This document shows, in pieces, positions 43,264 through 55,651 of a stretch of DNA of 60,457 bases. Source of the stretch: Craspedostauros australis. Lineage: Eukaryota. How positions within the stretch are numbered: the stretch's first letter is position 1; every line of letters begins with the position of its first letter. Position numbers and translations under genes: made by a program. The DNA lies in assembly GCA_030167865.1 (NCBI GenBank), contig JALAGF010005726.1, forward strand, positions 1 to 60,457, written 5' to 3'. The notes under the pieces are model-generated. The model searched no databases, was not told the DNA's origin, and worked only from the letters and a program-made list of their open reading frames with translations.

Positions 43264-44649
43264 TCACCAACCTCCTCCTCTTCTACTACTGCCGCCACCA
43301 CCATCTTCGTCATCATCCCCAAAGAACCCGGTCGTCTGATAGATGATCTTGAGAGCGAACTTGTTCATGTTCTCCGCCGTCGATCCGAACTTGTCGACGA
43401 TGCGTTTGCCTGCCGCGTAGGTACGACCCGAGAAGTCCTCCCGCACGCTGTCGCGCAGCAGCTTCGCGTTGAACTGCATGTGATGCAGGATCTTGCCGGC
43501 GCTGTTGCGGAATCTGGACGGGAAGGTCATCTGCTTGTCGTTGCTGGATTGCGATTCCTTCGTGCTGCTGCTGGTCCGGTCGTCTGCGGATTTGGGGCCG
43601 TCGCTCTTGTTGGTGCTGTTGTTTTCTTCGTACTCGTTTTCCGAAATATCCTCCACCACCTGCTGGTAAATCACTTCCAGCACGCCCAATTGCAGCGTGA
43701 TGATGCGATCCCGCAGTCTGGACGATGCCCAACCTTTGTGCGAGATGTCCCGCACGCTGACGCCTGTCGATGTGTAGGGAGCCACCGCAGCGATGCTTTC
43801 CTCGTTGTTCAATCCTCTGCGGCTCAACGAAGGATCCTCGCGGCTGTTCTGACCACGGGCATTCGCACTTGGGTTGAGATTCATGTTGACGTCCGGCGAT
43901 TTACCATCGGCGCTGCGCAGGACCAGCAAATCAACGCGCGTGGATCCGTAGCAATCCCAATCCTGAGCTGGGAACAGCACGGACGTGTTGGTCGGCGAGT
44001 TGGACGCCATCATGGCATTGGTCGCCTTGTTCGATTTGTTCTTCAGGTTGTGATTCAGCGAGTGGGGTGACTCCGCGTCGCTCTCTATCTCATCTGTTTC
44101 AGCCGTATCGTTGCGCTGTTGGCTACCATTCCCATCACCATGTTTGTCCTTGCCATCCGCACCACTGCCACTATCCGCAGCACCATCCTCGCCATCCACT
44201 TGCCAAGACCCGGCCATGCCTTCCGGATACACGAGCACTTGTGTCTCCATCGCCGTCTGCAAGGCCTGCTCCGCCGGCACATCCTCACCATCGTTCGTGG
44301 AGGGATTCTGCGCCGCGATCTGCTGCGAGAAGACCTGGATGGCCTGCTCACGTGGCACCGTCTTCCAGATGTCCACCAGCTCCAATTGCGAAGCGACGCC
44401 GCGGCAGGCACCGGTCGTGCGCAGCAGCTCCTCCTTCTGGTTGCTCAGCGACAGCTTTCCGCGGCACGTGTAGCGGTAGATCATGGGACGCACCAGCTCC
44501 TGCGGCGCGTGGCCTCGGCCGGGGTCGCCGCCGATCGTGCTGCGTCGTGACAGCGCGGAGAAGCGGCGGTCGCCCATTGCGGTTGTCGCGTTGTGATTCA
44601 CGTCCCGTGTTGGCGTTACGGCAGCGCCGTTTCCGTTGTTGTTCACCAT
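43264..44649 (-). CDS. Hypothetical protein (about 460 aa)
   Basis: Long ORF with coding-like codon bias and alternating ordered and low-complexity blocks; ATG at 44649 (MVNNNGNG). No family recognised. Confidence 0.7.
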   Translation of the reverse strand: MVNNNGNGAAVTPTRDVNHNATTAMGDRRFSALSRRSTIGGDPGRGHAPQELVRPMIYRYTCRGKLSLSNQKEELLRTTGACRGVASQLELVDIWKTVPREQAIQVFSQQIAAQNPSTNDGEDVPAEQALQTAMETQVLVYPEGMAGSWQVDGEDGAADSGSGADGKDKHGDGNGSQQRNDTAETDEIESDAESPHSLNHNLKNKSNKATNAMMASNSPTNTSVLFPAQDWDCYGSTRVDLLVLRSADGKSPDVNMNLNPSANARGQNSREDPSLSRRGLNNEESIAAVAPYTSTGVSVRDISHKGWASSRLRDRIITLQLGVLEVIYQQVVEDISENEYEENNSTNKSDGPKSADDRTSSSTKESQSSNDKQMTFPSRFRNSAGKILHHMQFNAKLLRDSVREDFSGRTYAAGKRIVDKFGSTAENMNKFALKIIYQTTGFFGDDDEDGGGGSSRRGGGW

Positions 44650-45369
44650 GGTATTTGTATAATGTAATATAATATAATATAATATTATGTAATAGATCGT
44701 ACTCAAGTATGCTCCAGGAAGCTGCTATGGTGCAGTTCTTGATGTTGTGCAGACTCAAACATGGTTGCCATCATGGTCGTTGGGTCATTGCCGAACCTGT
44801 CACCTTGGTGCCGGAGAGCGATTTCGCCATGTGTCTGCGATCAACTGTCTTGTGCATAATCGACCCCTTGGACTCAATGCGGATTTGAACTTGTTGTGAC
44901 GGACAGACGCTCGTTCCCGCAAACCAATCGACCATGGCGCCAAAAATCGAAAGGAACGATTCTGCGTCGTTCGTCTCACACCGAAGAAAACAACAACACG
45001 CTGCAACCAACGAGCTGCCGACTGCGACAACACAATACTTGCATACTCCACCCGCATGTACGCTCATCCCGCATCGATCATCAACCGAAGCGACTTTGGC
45101 AAGTGAAGCGTCACGTCAACTGGAATCGCACCTGAGAATCAGCTTCCGCGTCAATCCACTGTTACCTTCTTGTTCTTTATCCGCACACGCCACACCTTCT
45201 GCGACCACTCATCCATCGATCCATCAAGCAGACATCAGGCTCCAGCGACGTCAAACAGCTCGCACGCAACAAGCAGAGGCCGAGACACGCGGATAACCAA
45301 GCCAGTACGCAGCAACACCAGCAACACCAGCGCCTATAGGAACAGCAACAGCAACAATCAGCGACAACC

Positions 45370-46346
45370 ATGAGACCGCTCACAGAAGACGAGACCAAGA
45401 CGTTATTCCTGAAATTATCGGAATACATCGGCAAGAACATTGAGAAATTGATCAACCGCAGTGACGAACGGCATTGCTTCCGGTTGCTCAAGGATCGCGT
45501 GTACTACATCAGTGAATCTCTGCTCAAGGCATCCACCATGATCCACAGGGACAACACGCTGCATGTTGGCACCTGTCTGGGAAAGTTCACAAAGAGCGGC
45601 AAGTTCCGCTTGCACGTCACAGCCATCGAATATCTATCGCAGTACGCCAAGGTACGAGTATGCGTGTGTGTGACTGTGTGCGTGTGTGGTATCGAGGCCT
45701 TATTGGAGAGTTGGAGGTTGGGAGTGATATCATTGCAATAGTTGTCACTCACAAGAGGAAGAAGGCAAAGGGAATGAGAATGGAGTGCATTCATGAATGG
45801 AGGCCTTTGGCATCGCTTCGAAGACGGATACAGCGCATTGCAATCGCAAGATGGCTGCAGTGATTACAAGCTGTGCTTGCTCTGGCAGACGCATTTTCAG
45901 GAAGATTATTATTCTGCCAAATACAAGATCGCAAGGCATCACAACAACGCCGCTGACGCAACATCATCTGTTTGTGTATGATATCCGTAGTCTCACATTA
46001 TTATCCTCGCATTCACTTTGTTCCTCACACAACTTCACATTTCGGTCTTACTCCACTCAATCTGCACTCCACATTGTTCCAGTACAAGGTCTGGGTCAAA
46101 CCAAGCGCGGAGATGTCATTTCTGTACGGCAACCACATTCCCAAATCCGGCCTGGCACGCATGACAGAAGACACGCCTCAATATGCCGGTGTCGTAGTGT
46201 ACAATATGAGCGACATTGCCTTGGGATTCGGTGTTGCGGCCCAAGCCACCCTGCACTGCCAGTCGTTAGAGCCGACAGCCAACGTGGTTCTGCATCAGGC
46301 CGACATCGGCGATTATCTGAGAGGGTTGGAAGATGATATGTTTTAG
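45370..46346 (+). CDS. NIP7: 60S ribosome biogenesis protein NIP7; intron 45652-46082
   Basis: [44 protein letters not shown] joined to [28 protein letters not shown] by GTACGA...TTCCAG intron. Confidence 0.96.
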
Positions 46347-46902
46347 GAGGTGGTGCGCCCGTGCGAGTGCTCCTGCAAGGAGGCTCTCTGCAGAGAGAGC
46401 AAGCACAAGTACGTAATAGAGCGAAGCAGAACAAAGTACTCTCTCCAGAGAATAATTGTATACTCAATACTCTATACTCAAGCACACTACCTATTGCATG
46501 CACGTTAAGGTGGAGCATCAGTGGCGACAGCTGCTCTCTGGAATACGTGCGAGTCATGGCACATGTGGGTATTGGTGATACTCGTGCGTGCACTATCACA
46601 ACACGTGCAAATCAAGCAATACACCTACATTCGAATGTAAAGCCTATTCCTACTTGACTCATTCGACTATAGTTTTTCGATTCGTTTCGTTGTTTGTCTT
46701 TTTGTGTTGGGGCGTTTCTTCGTTGGGAGAGGTCGACCATGACACAACCCAAAACAGAACGCCGTCGTTCCTGCCGCGATCAACCCAAACACACAAAAGA
46801 CGAGAGCGGCTTCCTTCAATTTGGATACCTCTTGACGATCAACAGCAGAAGACAAGCAATAGAGACAAGCAACAGAGACAAGCAACCAATTGAACATTCA
46901 CC

Positions 46903-48645
46903 ATGAGCGCCGGAGAATGCCAAACGAGCAACCGCAATGATTATGACGAGGTGAGTCGAAAGGATACCAACAGAGCCAACGACGAAGCCAACGACGGAAC
47001 CAATTGCAGAATCAGGGACAGAACTGAGTGGAGGCTTCTGCTCCACTCCAACGAAGAGCGTTGTCAGACGATGCGACGGTTCCGGTGTTTGCCTCATCAT
47101 CTGTTGTGTCACTCAATCTCATCACGAGGCGCTGCTTTCCTTTGTTTCGATGCATCATGGGTGTGTCTCACATGCAATGTGTGCATCGTGCTTGTGTGGC
47201 TGTTCGTGCACTGACCGCTGCTTTCAACATCGCTCCATCCAATCCGCTGCTCCGCCTTCTGCATCCAATACTCCAATCTACTGCATTCAATGTCCCATCT
47301 CATGTTTGGATCAACTGCGCAGGAGAAGGAGGACGACGCCCCACCACCGCTCGATGAGGGCGATATCGCCCTGCTGAAGTCGTACGGTTTGGGACCGTAC
47401 TCCACCTCCATCAAGACTCTGGAGGAGGAGATCAAGAAGCACCAGCAGACCGTGAAGGACCTGATTGGGATCAAGGAGAGCGACACCGGTCTCAGCCCGC
47501 CCAGCATGTGGGATCTCGTGGGCGACAAGCAGATGATGTCCGAGGAGGCGCCGTTGCAGGTGGCCCGATGCACGAAGATCATCGCTGGCGATTCCAACGA
47601 CTCCGGCGGTTCCGGTGGTGGCGGCAACAACTTTGCCAACAACCAGTCGTCCGCAGGTACGGGCAACAAGTACGTGATCAACGTCAAGCAGATCGCCAAG
47701 TTCGTGGTTGGCCTGGGTGAGAAGGTGGCACCGACGGACATCGAAGAGGGAATGCGCGTTGGCGTCGACCGATCCAAGTACAGCATCCAGATCCCGCTGC
47801 CACCGAAGATCGATCCCACCGTGTCGTTGATGACGGTGGAGGACAAGCCAGATGTCACGTACGATGACGTCGGTGGCGCCAAGGACGCCATGGAGAAGCT
47901 CCGCGAGGTCCTGGAAACGCCGCTGCTGCATCCGGAACGATTTGTCACCCTGGGCATCGACCCGCCGAAGGGCATCCTGCTGTTCGGACCACCGGGGACG
48001 GGAAAGACGCTGAGTGCCCGCGCTGTGGCCAACCGCACCGACGCCTGCTTCATCCGCGTGATCGGATCCGAACTGGTGCAGAAGTACGTCGGAGAGGGTG
48101 CGCGCATGGTCCGCGAGCTGTTCACCATGGCCCGATCGAAGCGCGCCTGCATCGTCTTCTTCGATGAGGTGGACGCCATCGGCGGTGCGCGTGGAGGCAG
48201 CGACGACAACGGATCCGACAACGAGGTCCAGCGTACGATGCTTCAGATCGTCACGGAGCTGGATGGTTTCGATGCCAGAGGTAACATCAAGGTGCTGATG
48301 GCCACGAATCGTCCCGACACTCTGGACCCCGCCCTGCTGCGTCCCGGACGTCTGGACCGCAAGGTCGAATTCGCCCTGCCCGATCTGGAGGGCCGCGGGC
48401 ACATCCTGAAGATCCACTCGAAGCGAATGAACTGCGACAGGGACATCCGATTCGAGCTGGTGGCCCGGCTGTGCCCCAACACGACAGGCGCCGAGCTGCG
48501 GTCCGTGTGCACCGAGGCCGGTATGTTCGCCATCCGAGCACGACGCAAGTCCGTGAGCGAGAAGGACTTTTTGGATTCCGTCAACAAGGTCGTGAAGGGC
48601 TACAAGAAGTTCTCCTCCACGCCCAAGTACATGGTGTACAACTAA
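46903..48645 (+). CDS. RPT1: 26S proteasome AAA-ATPase subunit RPT1 (PSMC2); predicted 48-nt exon 1 (46903-46950), intron 46951-47322
   Basis: [47 protein letters not shown]-terminal [17 protein letters not shown] donor at 46951 and CAG acceptor at 47322 are in frame (..[15 protein letters not shown]..). Confidence 0.96.
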
Positions 48646-49079
48646 CTAACAGCGCAATGCGAGAGATCGGTACGGTAGAGTGGTCTACATACAATACAAC
48701 ATGATATGATAATGAGGAACGTAAACTTGAATGGTATCCATAGAGTTTAGAGTATAGCGAATGGAATTGTAGCGCAAGCAGCTTGGTGCATCCCTGTTGT
48801 GGGTTCCTGTGCTGAAATGAATTGGAGTATACGAGAATTGAGTTGCGGATCAACGTCATGGTGAGAAGTGTCGAATATCGTGTTGATGCGCTTCGGCTGA
48901 TCATCTCCTTGGTCACCACGATCAGTCGAATCCTCGGCGCTGTATTATGTGCTTCGAGAGACTGATCGGCATCCAAGAACTCTCCAGAGAGGTGTGGAAG
49001 TATGATGAATGCATAGAATAGAATAGTCTTTATGATTTATTAATTGATCTCTGCTCTAACCTGACGCGACGCAACGCCA

Positions 49080-50054
49080 TCAATCCTCAATGATGACCTC
49101 CTCGTACACGTAATACCCCTCATCGTCGACGTAGACCTTATCGAGCATGAATTCATCATCATCGTAATAGGTTTCATCATCATCTTCTTCAATGACGATC
49201 TCCTCGTACCCCAATTCCTCGAGCTGCTCCTCGTAATACTCCTGCCGAAAATCATCGAGCTCGGTGGGAATGTAGAAAAATTCCCTGCGATCCTGCTCGT
49301 CCAACTTGGGAATGAGGTTGACGGTGATCTGATCGCTGAAGGAGACGGTCGATGATTGTCGTTGCAGGTGTCCCGGTCGTCTCATCGATGATTGACGTTG
49401 CAGCTGTCGGCGCAACGGTGCTGGTTTGTTGCGCGGTGGCGAGTCCTGCGATATCATGGATGAGAGGAGACAATCATCTTGCGGATTGGGTTGATGCTGC
49501 GACAACGGCGGTGGTGGCAGCAGGAAGGAGGACGTCGTGGAGAAGAGGAGGGACGTCGTGGGCGCGGAGACGGGCGACGACAGCGGCCTGCCCCGCGATG
49601 CGATGACGTCGGCCGCCGTTCGTTTGGGCGAGAGGAAGACCCTGTTGCGCAACGATCGTCTGGTTGCACTCAAGGTCTTGCGGCGGCTGCTGCTGCTGGT
49701 TGGTCGCGTTCTGTTGTCATGATGGCTGTTGTTGAGGCCGTTGTTGAGGCTGTGATGGCTGTGGCTTTGACTGCGACTGTCGTTGTCATCGTCATTGTCG
49801 CAAACGAGGGGAGAGGAGATGCCGAAGAAGCAGTTGCGCAGGGTGGAGCGTCTGCGGCGCTGCTGCGAGAGAGGCGACAGCATGATGCCGTTGCTGGTTG
49901 TGAGAATGGCCGTGCCGTCCTCTTCCGTCCATGGTGATGATGGTCCTCCTCCTGAAGCAGAGGTGGTGGCAGCATCAGCAGAGGAGGCGCCATGGTGGAT
50001 GACATCGTCGCTGCCAGCTGGGAAGCTCCTGCAGGTCATCATTGCTTTTGTCAT
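49080..50054 (-). CDS. Low-complexity S/R-rich protein with VSF motif and acidic Tyr-rich tail
   Basis: 324-aa ORF; QRQSS repeats, STVSFSDQITVNLIP..FFY..ELDDFRQE, tail EEIVIEEDDDETYYDDDE..EEVIIED. Confidence 0.65.
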   Translation of the reverse strand: MTKAMMTCRSFPAGSDDVIHHGASSADAATTSASGGGPSSPWTEEDGTAILTTSNGIMLSPLSQQRRRRSTLRNCFFGISSPLVCDNDDDNDSRSQSHSHHSLNNGLNNSHHDNRTRPTSSSSRRKTLSATRRSLRNRVFLSPKRTAADVIASRGRPLSSPVSAPTTSLLFSTTSSFLLPPPPLSQHQPNPQDDCLLSSMISQDSPPRNKPAPLRRQLQRQSSMRRPGHLQRQSSTVSFSDQITVNLIPKLDEQDRREFFYIPTELDDFRQEYYEEQLEELGYEEIVIEEDDDETYYDDDEFMLDKVYVDDEGYYVYEEVIIED

Positions 50055-51733
50055 GCTTTGCTGTTGCTAGTCTGCGCGTACGAGTCACTCAATGGGTGGA
50101 GCGTTGGGTAGTATTAGACGAGCTACGATGTGTTCTTTGTGTGTGTTTCTCCGTTCTTCACTCTCCTTTTGTTCGCTTGTGATGTAATGCAATGGTGGGT
50201 GTGCTGTGATGGTGGGTGTGGATGTGATGGATCAGTGGAGTCTGTCAGCTGGATACCTTGCCTTGCCTCTTTGATTGCCTCTTGTCTCTGCTTCGTTTCA
50301 AAGGCCTCGGCGTCCCAATGGATTGTTTGGCCTTGGTTGCTGCCAATTGTTCTGAGCGATCTTGGGTGGCTTCACTTGTTGGAGGTCCTATCGCATCCAA
50401 GACATGCACGTCCAATTGCAACCTTTTCACGCAGCTCGCACGGAGATACTTTGGATGCTGTTGTTGTTGTTATCGTTATTGCTTCTGAGTTGCCTTTCTT
50501 TGTCCCGAGTTGTGCAGAGAGAGAGAGAGAGAGAGGTAATCAATCTCAATGCAGACAGAGAGGCGGTCTTGTCGGTTGGCTTTCGTCGCTTTGTCTTTGC
50601 TCGGATGTTGTTGTTGTTGTTGCACCGTCTTGTGTGCGCTGCGTTCGTGTTGTTCTTGGTGCAGTTGTGCCTCTCTGTTTCTTCCTCTCTGTTTCTTGCT
50701 CTCTGCTTCGTCGTCTTGTTGCTGTCGTGGCTGTTGTCCGCGTTACGCAACCACGCATCGTGTTGCTGCGCGCATCTCTTTCGTGATGTTGCGCCAGCGC
50801 GGGTTCGAACATAGAGTATCTTCTGGTCGTGGAACTGTTGGGCACATTTAGGAACGCGCCAATGACTTCCACTTATGCCAACGAGGCATAAACGCACTTT
50901 CCGTTGACGCGAGTGTTTGGCATTGACAGTTTCCTCCCAGTCACATGCCTGCGTCCTCACATTTTGGCATCAACACAGTGCAGTGCAATCAACACACGCA
51001 GACAACATAGACAGAGCACTGATGGATGAAGCAATGTGAATTGCTCAGCATCCACTCACAAATCATGAACTGAAATGGGAGAGTACCAGCACAACAAGCT
51101 TCCATTTCTTGCCGACCATGGCGGAATTGCTTCTCGCTGTTCTGCTGCCCATCGATCGTACGACTTCAGGCCCAACAAAACGGGATCGCTCACCATCAGC
51201 GCAGCACAACCTCGTGGGTACAATCGACAAAACAAACATCAATGGCCGACCAAACCAAGCGCTGTCTTTGGCCATGGTTTCACACAGCGTCAGCAAATGC
51301 AGCACTCACATCGTGCTCTGCCAACACTGCTCCCATCGTATTGGTATTGGGCAACCGCGTCACATGATCCGCCAGTCGTCAAAAGCAAGACCACGGCAAC
51401 AGCCGCGACAAGGTGGCGCCAACCGCGATCATCAAAACTTGTTCTTGTCTTGGGAGACATCAACAAATTCTTCTTCTTGATTTCTCATCATTGAATCGAA
51501 CAAGTCGTCTATATCTTGATTACTTCTGATAGACGCAACTATGCATCGGCACGATCACTTTCACGCAATCCTGCAATGCTTCCTAGGGTGCACGTAGAGT
51601 ACTCGTCCTCGTACTCTAAGAGAGAGGTAAACGCTGCCTTGCTGTGATATTGTTGCAGAGCACTCCGTCGAACACCGCATTGTTCGTGCACATAGTCTAA
51701 GAGGAGCGTACATCGTATCATAGCGTGCGTCCC

Positions 51734-53630
51734 TCATTTTTCTCCGAGAGCAACGGGGGCCTCCAATGGCAAACTCTTGGATTCTCCAATCATCTTCATG
51801 GCTTCCGTCTTGGCAGCCTGATTTTGAGGGGAAGCATTAGGAATGTTGTCATGAGAAATTGGTGCGAACGGAGCGCCAAAGTTGAATGAGTGTTGCTGTG
51901 CGTGCAATTGTTCAAAGTCATTTGAAATGCAATGCAGCCTGATCCTCCACAACACAATACAACACAACACAACACAACACAAATACGCACACATCATCAA
52001 GACAATGAACACCACAATCGATGCAACTTACGACATCCCCGACGCGATCGTTATTGGGAGCGTACTCGTAGGACTTGGGTTCCCCGAAGAAGGGCGTCAC
52101 GGCCTGCGGCAGCGGCACGCCTTCTTCGATGCTGTACGTCACGATGCTGAGCGCCATATCCAACGCCACCTGCGGCGGAATCCTCACGATGAAATTCAAG
52201 CCAAACCACAGGCGATTGTACCACGTTTCGTGCTCCTCATTGTAGGGCAGCCCGCGCCAACCCGCCAGAAAGCCACCCCACAGTTCGACGGGCAGCCGGA
52301 AGAAGCCCGTGAAGAATCCGCGCAGACCCACGACGTCCTGCTTCATGAGGTACTCGCCGCCGTACGTGGCGAAGTTGCGCTGCCGGATGGCCTCGGGCGA
52401 CCACATGGCGTGGTAAGCCGATGCGACGGTGCGATCGATGGAGCCGTCGTCCGCCGCCAATCCTTGCTGGATGGCCTCGGCGACGAAGGTGGCACCCATC
52501 AAGGCACGGCAGATATGAAAGCCGGTGCTGGGATGCGCCATGGCGGACGCACCGGCAAATGCCAGGACGCGCTGATCGCGCTGCGGCAAGGCGCCGCCCA
52601 TGGGGATGTAGCAATACTCCTCCTCGAGGACGTTGATGGGTTTGATGCCGTGGAATTCGAGACGCTTGTTGAGACGGTCCTTGCATTCCTGGAAGGAGAC
52701 GCCGGGCCGTGCCACCAAGGAGGTTTCCTCGGAGAAGATCTTGTTGCCTCCCAACGGCATGACGTAGTTGAAGGTGGGCGTCTGGATGGCCCTCTGTTCC
52801 GATTCCGGCGTGTCGAAGTGATCCGTGCGATAGTCGAACAGCGTCATGGCCTCCTTATCGTAGGGCCCGAACTTGGACGACGACGGGACATCGGACTCGT
52901 CGACCTCCATGATGGCACCGTAAGCAATCTGAAAGCCCGGCGACGTGTACTGGTCGCGGCCATCCCGCAGCACGAGCTTGGTCTCGTGGCCCGTCGTGTC
53001 GATGACGATCTTGGTGCGCACCGTGACGACTGCGTCATCCTTGTCCTTGAGCTGGATCGTGGTGCCGTCGCGGTCATGCACGAGGGAACCCGCGGGCTCG
53101 TACATGTTGACGCCGATGGCCTCGGAGAAGTGATTGGCCTCGAGGACCTTGTATCCGGACGTGAGCATGTCGGCCACCGCGTGCTTGTCCAGACGCAGGT
53201 AGGGCCGATCGAGGCGCAGACACTCGTCCATGGGCTTGTCGAAGGATCCACCGAAGAAGCAGTCCGTGACCTTCCATTCGCGGTCGACCGTCCGCTGCAG
53301 GGTGACGCCGGCCGCCTGGTACTTGGCCAGGATGCTCTCCCATTCGTCCTTCCAGCCGCCGTACGTGGGCGCCCATTCGCGATCGAAGTTGCGGTCGGCC
53401 AGGACGACGTCGTGTTCCGATGCGGCGAGGAGGGAAGCCATGGCGCGACCGCCCGGACCGCTTCCGAGCACCAGGACGTCGCAGACCTCGTCGAAGGATG
53501 CATCGGCGGATGTGGCGGCAAGCAGCGTGGGTGCAGTGCGCGTCACGCGTGTGGGGATCACGAAGGCGTTGGCCGACTGCGCCAGGATGGTGATGGCCAC
53601 CGCGATCGTCGATGGTTTCATCATTGTCAT
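51734..53630 (-). CDS. LCYB: Lycopene beta-cyclase, plastid-targeted; intron 51818-52031
   Basis: Signal peptide ending ..QSANA-FV (ASAFAP-like); DVLVLGSGPGG, TYGGWKDEW, FQIAYG, FNYVMP..IFSEETSLVARP, EEYCYIPMGG, MAHPSTGF. GTAAGT donor at 52031 and CAG acceptor at 51818 give ..VGDV-AAKTEAMKMIGESK..EK*. Confidence 0.93.
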
Positions 53631-54202
53631 GTGAGATGTGATGAGATAGAATGGAATAGACTGGATTATTGGTATGACAGAGTACTCCAATAGAATGGAG
53701 TATTGGTATGTGTTTGTTTGATTGATTGATTGATTCATCGATGTGGCATTTCTTCTTTCGCTTGATTCCTGTCTTCACACCATGTCGCGTTGCGCTCTTT
53801 CTCGCGTTGATGGGGATGTTGTTCTTACGTATTCGCGACGTGGTAGCCAAAGGAGGAGCGCAAATTCAACGTCAGATGTCGGTTCGAGACGTGGATAAAG
53901 AAGCCAATCAGAAAGGTTCTCATTTTTAGTGGTTGTGTGTGGGCGTTTGATGCTTTTCTGTCTTCTCGTCGTGAGTTGTTCTCTGTGTTGTCGTGGTTGT
54001 GTCCTCGTGACGAAGTGAGAGAGGCAATCAGCATTCTGGTACGGCCGATACGAACAGTTGAGGTCATTCGCCGTCTTTGATGGCAGAATCGCGTGGCGTG
54101 GGACAAGTAGAGCGTGCAGAATCGCATGATGAAGTGGATAATGCTGTTGCATTCAAGTGTAATGATGTGTAATATAACATGTAGAGCATTATCTTATACG
54201 AT

Positions 54203-55651
54203 CTATGGAGTATGGCGTTGCGCATCACTTGGCGGAGACCCACACCTTGGCAGTTTGGTGACGACACCGTGCACCAAGGATTGATCGCCGAGAGCGAGGT
54301 AGCGTGCGAGGTGACGGCCCGCTTGGCTGGACTTGAGGGAGGCCCGTGCCATGAGGGAGGCCGTGTTTGGCCGGCGGCGGCCCTCCTGGATGCGCAGGAC
54401 GGTGTCGACGTGCTTGCGGCGCATCTGCGGGATGTGGGAGCAGATGATGGGCTCGAGGCCGCGTGCGAGGCCTGGCATAGCCAGCATGGTGGGCGCGGCG
54501 GTGTGGGAGGACGTGGGGGCGTAGCAGGATTCGTCTTCCATGTCGCTGTCGCTGTCACTATCGCTGTCGTTGTTGTGGTTGTGTGGGTAGTAGGAGTTGT
54601 TGATGTATGGACGATCGTCTGTGAGAAGGGGCTGCGTCTGACAGAAGCGCACGACGTGCTCGAGCTGCTTGCGGACAAGCTGCTTGTTGATGTTGGGTGA
54701 TGTGGCCTTGTAGGTGTGCGCCATCTGCCTGGCATCCTGCAGCATGGCGGAGCGATCGGACTTGGACCACCACAGCATCGGTTTGAGTTCTTGGACTTCT
54801 TCGTGAGTGGGGTTGAAGCATTTGTTGTTGTTGTTGTTGTTGCGAACAGCGCGCTGTGCGGCTGTGCCATCGCTGTCGTCGTCACTATCACTGTCGAAAC
54901 TGCAGGCGTCGTCATGAGTGGAACGCAGCTGAAAGTGAACGCGCCTGCGTGGACGCACGAGAGACGGGGATCGCATGCGATGCAGGGCTTCGTCGTCGTC
55001 GTCGTCGTCGGAGGTGGAAGAGACGGAGGAGGAGTCGCTGCTCGTGATGCTGGTGGCGGACGTGAATGGGAAGGACATCATGCGCGGGCGTTTGTGCATG
55101 GTGATGTAGGAGTAGCTTGAGCCCATGTCGCTGGCAGGTGGACGGCCGTTGCGCGCCAATGCATCGTGGATGGTGGCTCCCGTCAGGCTGCTGATGCTGA
55201 TGCCGTTCGTTGTCGTTGTTGTGGATGTCGTTGTGGATGCCGTTGTGGATGCCGTTGGTGTTGCTGTGAGATCCGTGAATGCGCATGTGGATGTTGCTGT
55301 GGATGTTGGTGTGCATTCTGACAATGATGACGACAATGATGGTGTGAGAGCAGAGCGTGGTCGGCGTCTGCTGTTGCTGCTGCTCATGGTGTTGATGAGG
55401 ATGCTGCCTGTGCGCATGGAAGCTGGCATGGTGGTACTCATCCTTGCATTGATAGCCGTAGGTGCATGAACAGAAGCAGAAGCGGAAGCATGGACAGAAT
55501 CATGGACAGAAGCAGTTGAGATCGGAGCGAGGTTTGTCCCTGTTGCTTGTCTTGCTTCTCCGCGGCGATGGTTGTGGTGATTGTGATGGTTATGATGATT
55601 GCGATCACTCTCGAGGGCAGAGTTGGATTCACGTGTTGCGACGATCGCCAT
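54203..55651 (-). CDS. Hypothetical protein with RVxF motif and 'RGLE' helical C-terminal region
   Basis: S/T-rich N-terminus, RRRVHF, LWWSKSDRSAM, ARGLE..RRKHVDTVLRIQ..SSQAGRHLARYLALGD; pattern resembles, from memory, a large diatom family of unknown function. Start uncertain. Confidence 0.75.
   Translation of the reverse strand: MAIVATRESNSALESDRNHHNHHNHHNHRRGEARQATGTNLAPISTASVHDSVHASASASVHAPTAINARMSTTMPASMRTGSILINTMSSSNSRRRPRSALTPSLSSSLSECTPTSTATSTCAFTDLTATPTASTTASTTTSTTTTTNGISISSLTGATIHDALARNGRPPASDMGSSYSYITMHKRPRMMSFPFTSATSITSSDSSSVSSTSDDDDDDEALHRMRSPSLVRPRRRVHFQLRSTHDDACSFDSDSDDDSDGTAAQRAVRNNNNNNKCFNPTHEEVQELKPMLWWSKSDRSAMLQDARQMAHTYKATSPNINKQLVRKQLEHVVRFCQTQPLLTDDRPYINNSYYPHNHNNDSDSDSDSDMEDESCYAPTSSHTAAPTMLAMPGLARGLEPIICSHIPQMRRKHVDTVLRIQEGRRRPNTASLMARASLKSSQAGRHLARYLALGDQSLVHGVVTKLPRCGSPPSDAQRHTP

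Noticed and set aside
24577..46346. NOP4 and NIP7 (both 60S biogenesis) in one window
   Set aside because: About 18 kb apart with unrelated genes between; no evidence of clustering.
47587..47670. Gly/Ser/Asn-rich insertion in RPT1
   Set aside because: A variable low-complexity loop at this position is already known in Rpt1 orthologues such as yeast.
50795..50815. GGTTCGAA T-loop-like motif
   Set aside because: No cloverleaf stems around it; not a tRNA.
50130..50960. Several 100-218 aa ORFs upstream of the 49080-50054 gene
   Set aside because: Generated by (GA)n and (GTT)n low-complexity sequence typical of promoter/UTR regions here.
51734..53630. LCYB as a fifth member or partner of the flavoprotein family
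   Set aside because: Shares only the generic Rossmann motif; it is plastid-targeted and lacks the family-specific blocks.
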